Below, piece by piece: positions 47,131 to 47,849 of a stretch of 47,849 bases of DNA. Location of the stretch: NCBI RefSeq assembly GCF_001194135.2, contig NC_069002.1, positions 31,400,617 through 31,448,465 on the forward strand. Reading direction: 5' to 3'. The DNA is from Octopus bimaculoides. Lineage: Eukaryota. The notes beneath the pieces were generated by a model. It did not search any database. It worked only from the letters and a program-made list of their open reading frames with translations, and was not told the DNA's origin. The position numbers and the translations under genes are program-made. Each line of letters begins with the position of its first letter. Within the stretch, counting starts at the first letter, position 1.

Positions 47131-47849
47131 TATATATATATTTATATATCGTTGCCATCATGTTAAATTGTCGTATGTCCAAATTTGGCCAAATGCGTTT
47201 TTTTTCTTTTTTTTTTCAATATTTATTTTTGCTTGCAATAGCCTGTTCTTTCGGTCAAACTATCGTATCTCCAACTGCTTCAGATGCCAAGATATCAAAA
47301 ATTGTCGAAGTGTATTTAGTGCAACGGTTCTGCTATGGAATGGTGAAACTATTTGTTCGTTGCACTACATACACAGCCTTCAAAAACAAACAGTAAACGA
47401 TGAAAGATATGTTTATCACCAATACCACCTCCGCCACCACTACCATCACGCCTCACCACCACCACCACCACCAGCACAACTACTACTACAACTACCACTA
47501 CTGTTGCTGCGTCACGTGATTTGAGTGATTTTTGAAAGCAATGAAGGTGTGTCACTTTCCCAGAAATCTTGTTTTGTAGCTACTAGCAACCACTACCAGC
47601 ATCTCTATCACCGCCGCCGCCGCTTCCACCCCCACAAACAAATGGCTTCTACGCGGTCGGTTTGACCTTCTACAAATAGCAGTCAAATCGGCCTCTGATC
47701 TGACCATACCGTTCTAAATAAAGGGGTGGGAGACACATCTTAGAATTAGATTGTATATTCCTAAATATAACCATTAAAAAAAAAAAAAAAAAGAAACGAG
47801 ATGGTCACGGCTGAAATGTCCTCGATCATTTGTCTGATCAATCCACATT

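Overview
Repeat-rich, gapped animal genomic scaffold with nine N gaps. It is most likely Octopus (coleoid cephalopod), which is an inference from the SINE/MITE repertoire and the (TA)/(CA) microsatellite density. One protein-coding gene is supported, a minus-strand Kruppel-like factor (KLF). It has a TATA/Inr promoter at about 15.5 kb, coding exon 1 (15303-14667, N-terminus plus zinc finger 1), a 12.8 kb intron and exon 2 (1827-1738, zinc finger 2). The finger-3 exon is not in the window. The remaining 32 kb upstream has no supportable host gene. It holds several tRNA-derived SINE families, relics of RTE, Hero-like and R4/Dong LINEs, a DD37D Tc1/mariner transposase relic, a Helitron helicase relic, and piggyBac-like, hAT-like and Merlin-like MITEs. 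The most unusual signals are: a Penelope-type minimal hammerhead ribozyme core in KLF intron 2; two GG...CC foldback MITEs with telomeric TTAGGG units whose target-site duplications overlap; two long near-perfect palindromes (70 and about 137 bp arms, both with 15-nt spacers); a cluster of inverted repeats with hammerhead-like remnants at 36.7-38.0 kb; and a tandem array grown from one segment of an interspersed repeat. All family names come from motif recognition by eye, with no database search. Repeat boundaries are approximate unless a TSD or TIR is quoted.
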